64,000 nucleotides of DNA from Octopus vulgaris (taxonomy: Eukaryota): positions 47,368,001 through 47,432,000 of the forward strand of contig OX597814.1 in NCBI GenBank assembly GCA_951406725.2, given 5' to 3'. Position numbers and translations under genes: made by a program. Positions 63,250 through 64,000 of this stretch are shown here, piece after piece (position 1 is the first letter of the stretch; each line of letters starts with the position of its first letter). The notes below the pieces were generated by a model. The model had not been told where the DNA came from and searched no databases. It worked only from the letters and a program-made list of their open reading frames with translations.

Positions 63250-64000
63250 TGTACATCATTCTGAAATTTGAGATCTTCTTCTCATTTATAGAATCCAGAC
63301 ATGGGTTCTTCAAATGTTGTTGATGCTCCTTTGTGACATTTTTAGCTCATTCTCTTGGAAGCTCCCTCAAGGATCCTTAATCATGATTATGCAAGATTTT
63401 GATTAATTCTAAAACTTTTAATGATATTCAAGACTCTAGAGGATTGAGTGGTCATGTCCCTCAAATTCATGGAAAGCAAGTTTCCAACTTTCACATATGT
63501 TGTTAGTATGAGCTTCTTCATTATTAGTTGCATAATTGGAGTGGAAACATGAGGGGAATCCTTTTTAAACATACTGGGAAAAGTATTTCATAAAAAAAAA
63601 GAAAAGTTGGTGACAGGATAGGCCACCAAATATCAGAAATTTAGGTGCTGTTGAAATAACCCACTAGACATTCCAGTTCTTCAATATCATTTTATTTTAT
63701 TTTCTATCAGATAATCTGTTTCAGTGGTTACTTCCACTGGTAGAAAAACCAGTACATCCAACAATGTTTCACTCCTGTTTAAAGAGAACAGCCTTAAATT
63801 TTGCACCTTTTTCCATGAAATTTGTACCTTTCTCAGATGATAAAAACAACCACCATTTGACACCTGTAACCCCAGAACTGTAGAATTGGTAGCAGTGGGA
63901 ACTGGAATGAATCCTGGTTGTCTACAAACTCAGGCCTGATCTTTTGTAAAGCTCATTCACACTTGGTTGCCATGTGAATTGAAAACATTTTGAGAAAGTG
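63250..64000 (-). mobile_element. Mutator-like (MULE) transposase relic
   Basis: Minus strand reads GGCFYHL..WKKVQNL (~63800-63855; CxxH motif) and HTNNICESWKLAFHEF.GH.H (~63445-63515). Runs off the window end. Confidence 0.7.

Overview
AT-rich, microsatellite-dense eukaryotic non-coding DNA with no intact protein-coding gene. It is probably intronic or intergenic. The repeat families look like those of coleoid cephalopods (Octopus-like); this is my recognition, not a database result. The window is a mosaic of decayed mobile elements: many RTE-clade LINE fragments and 3' ends with (GAT)n tails, at least three tRNA-derived SINE families, Penelope-like (PLE) fragments carrying minimal hammerhead ribozymes, Helitrons, relics of Tc1 (DD36E), mariner (DD34D), piggyBac and MULE transposases, TTAA and TA MITEs, and a 5S rRNA pseudogene. 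Three observations stand out. (1) A 236-bp PLE inverted repeat (55433-55930) has 14 clustered A>G changes in 83 bp of one arm. These destroy the hammerhead core and look like ADAR hyper-editing fixed in the genome by reverse transcription. (2) A repeat/variable-loop array (21661-22862) of 15 structured ~67-bp modules lies in the RTE 3'UTR, with covarying stems and a predicted pseudoknot. (3) A 2.7-kb ORF-less element (37437-40118) has about 7.3 near-identical 247-bp monomers and an RTE tail. Almost all ORFs in the supplied track are spurious.
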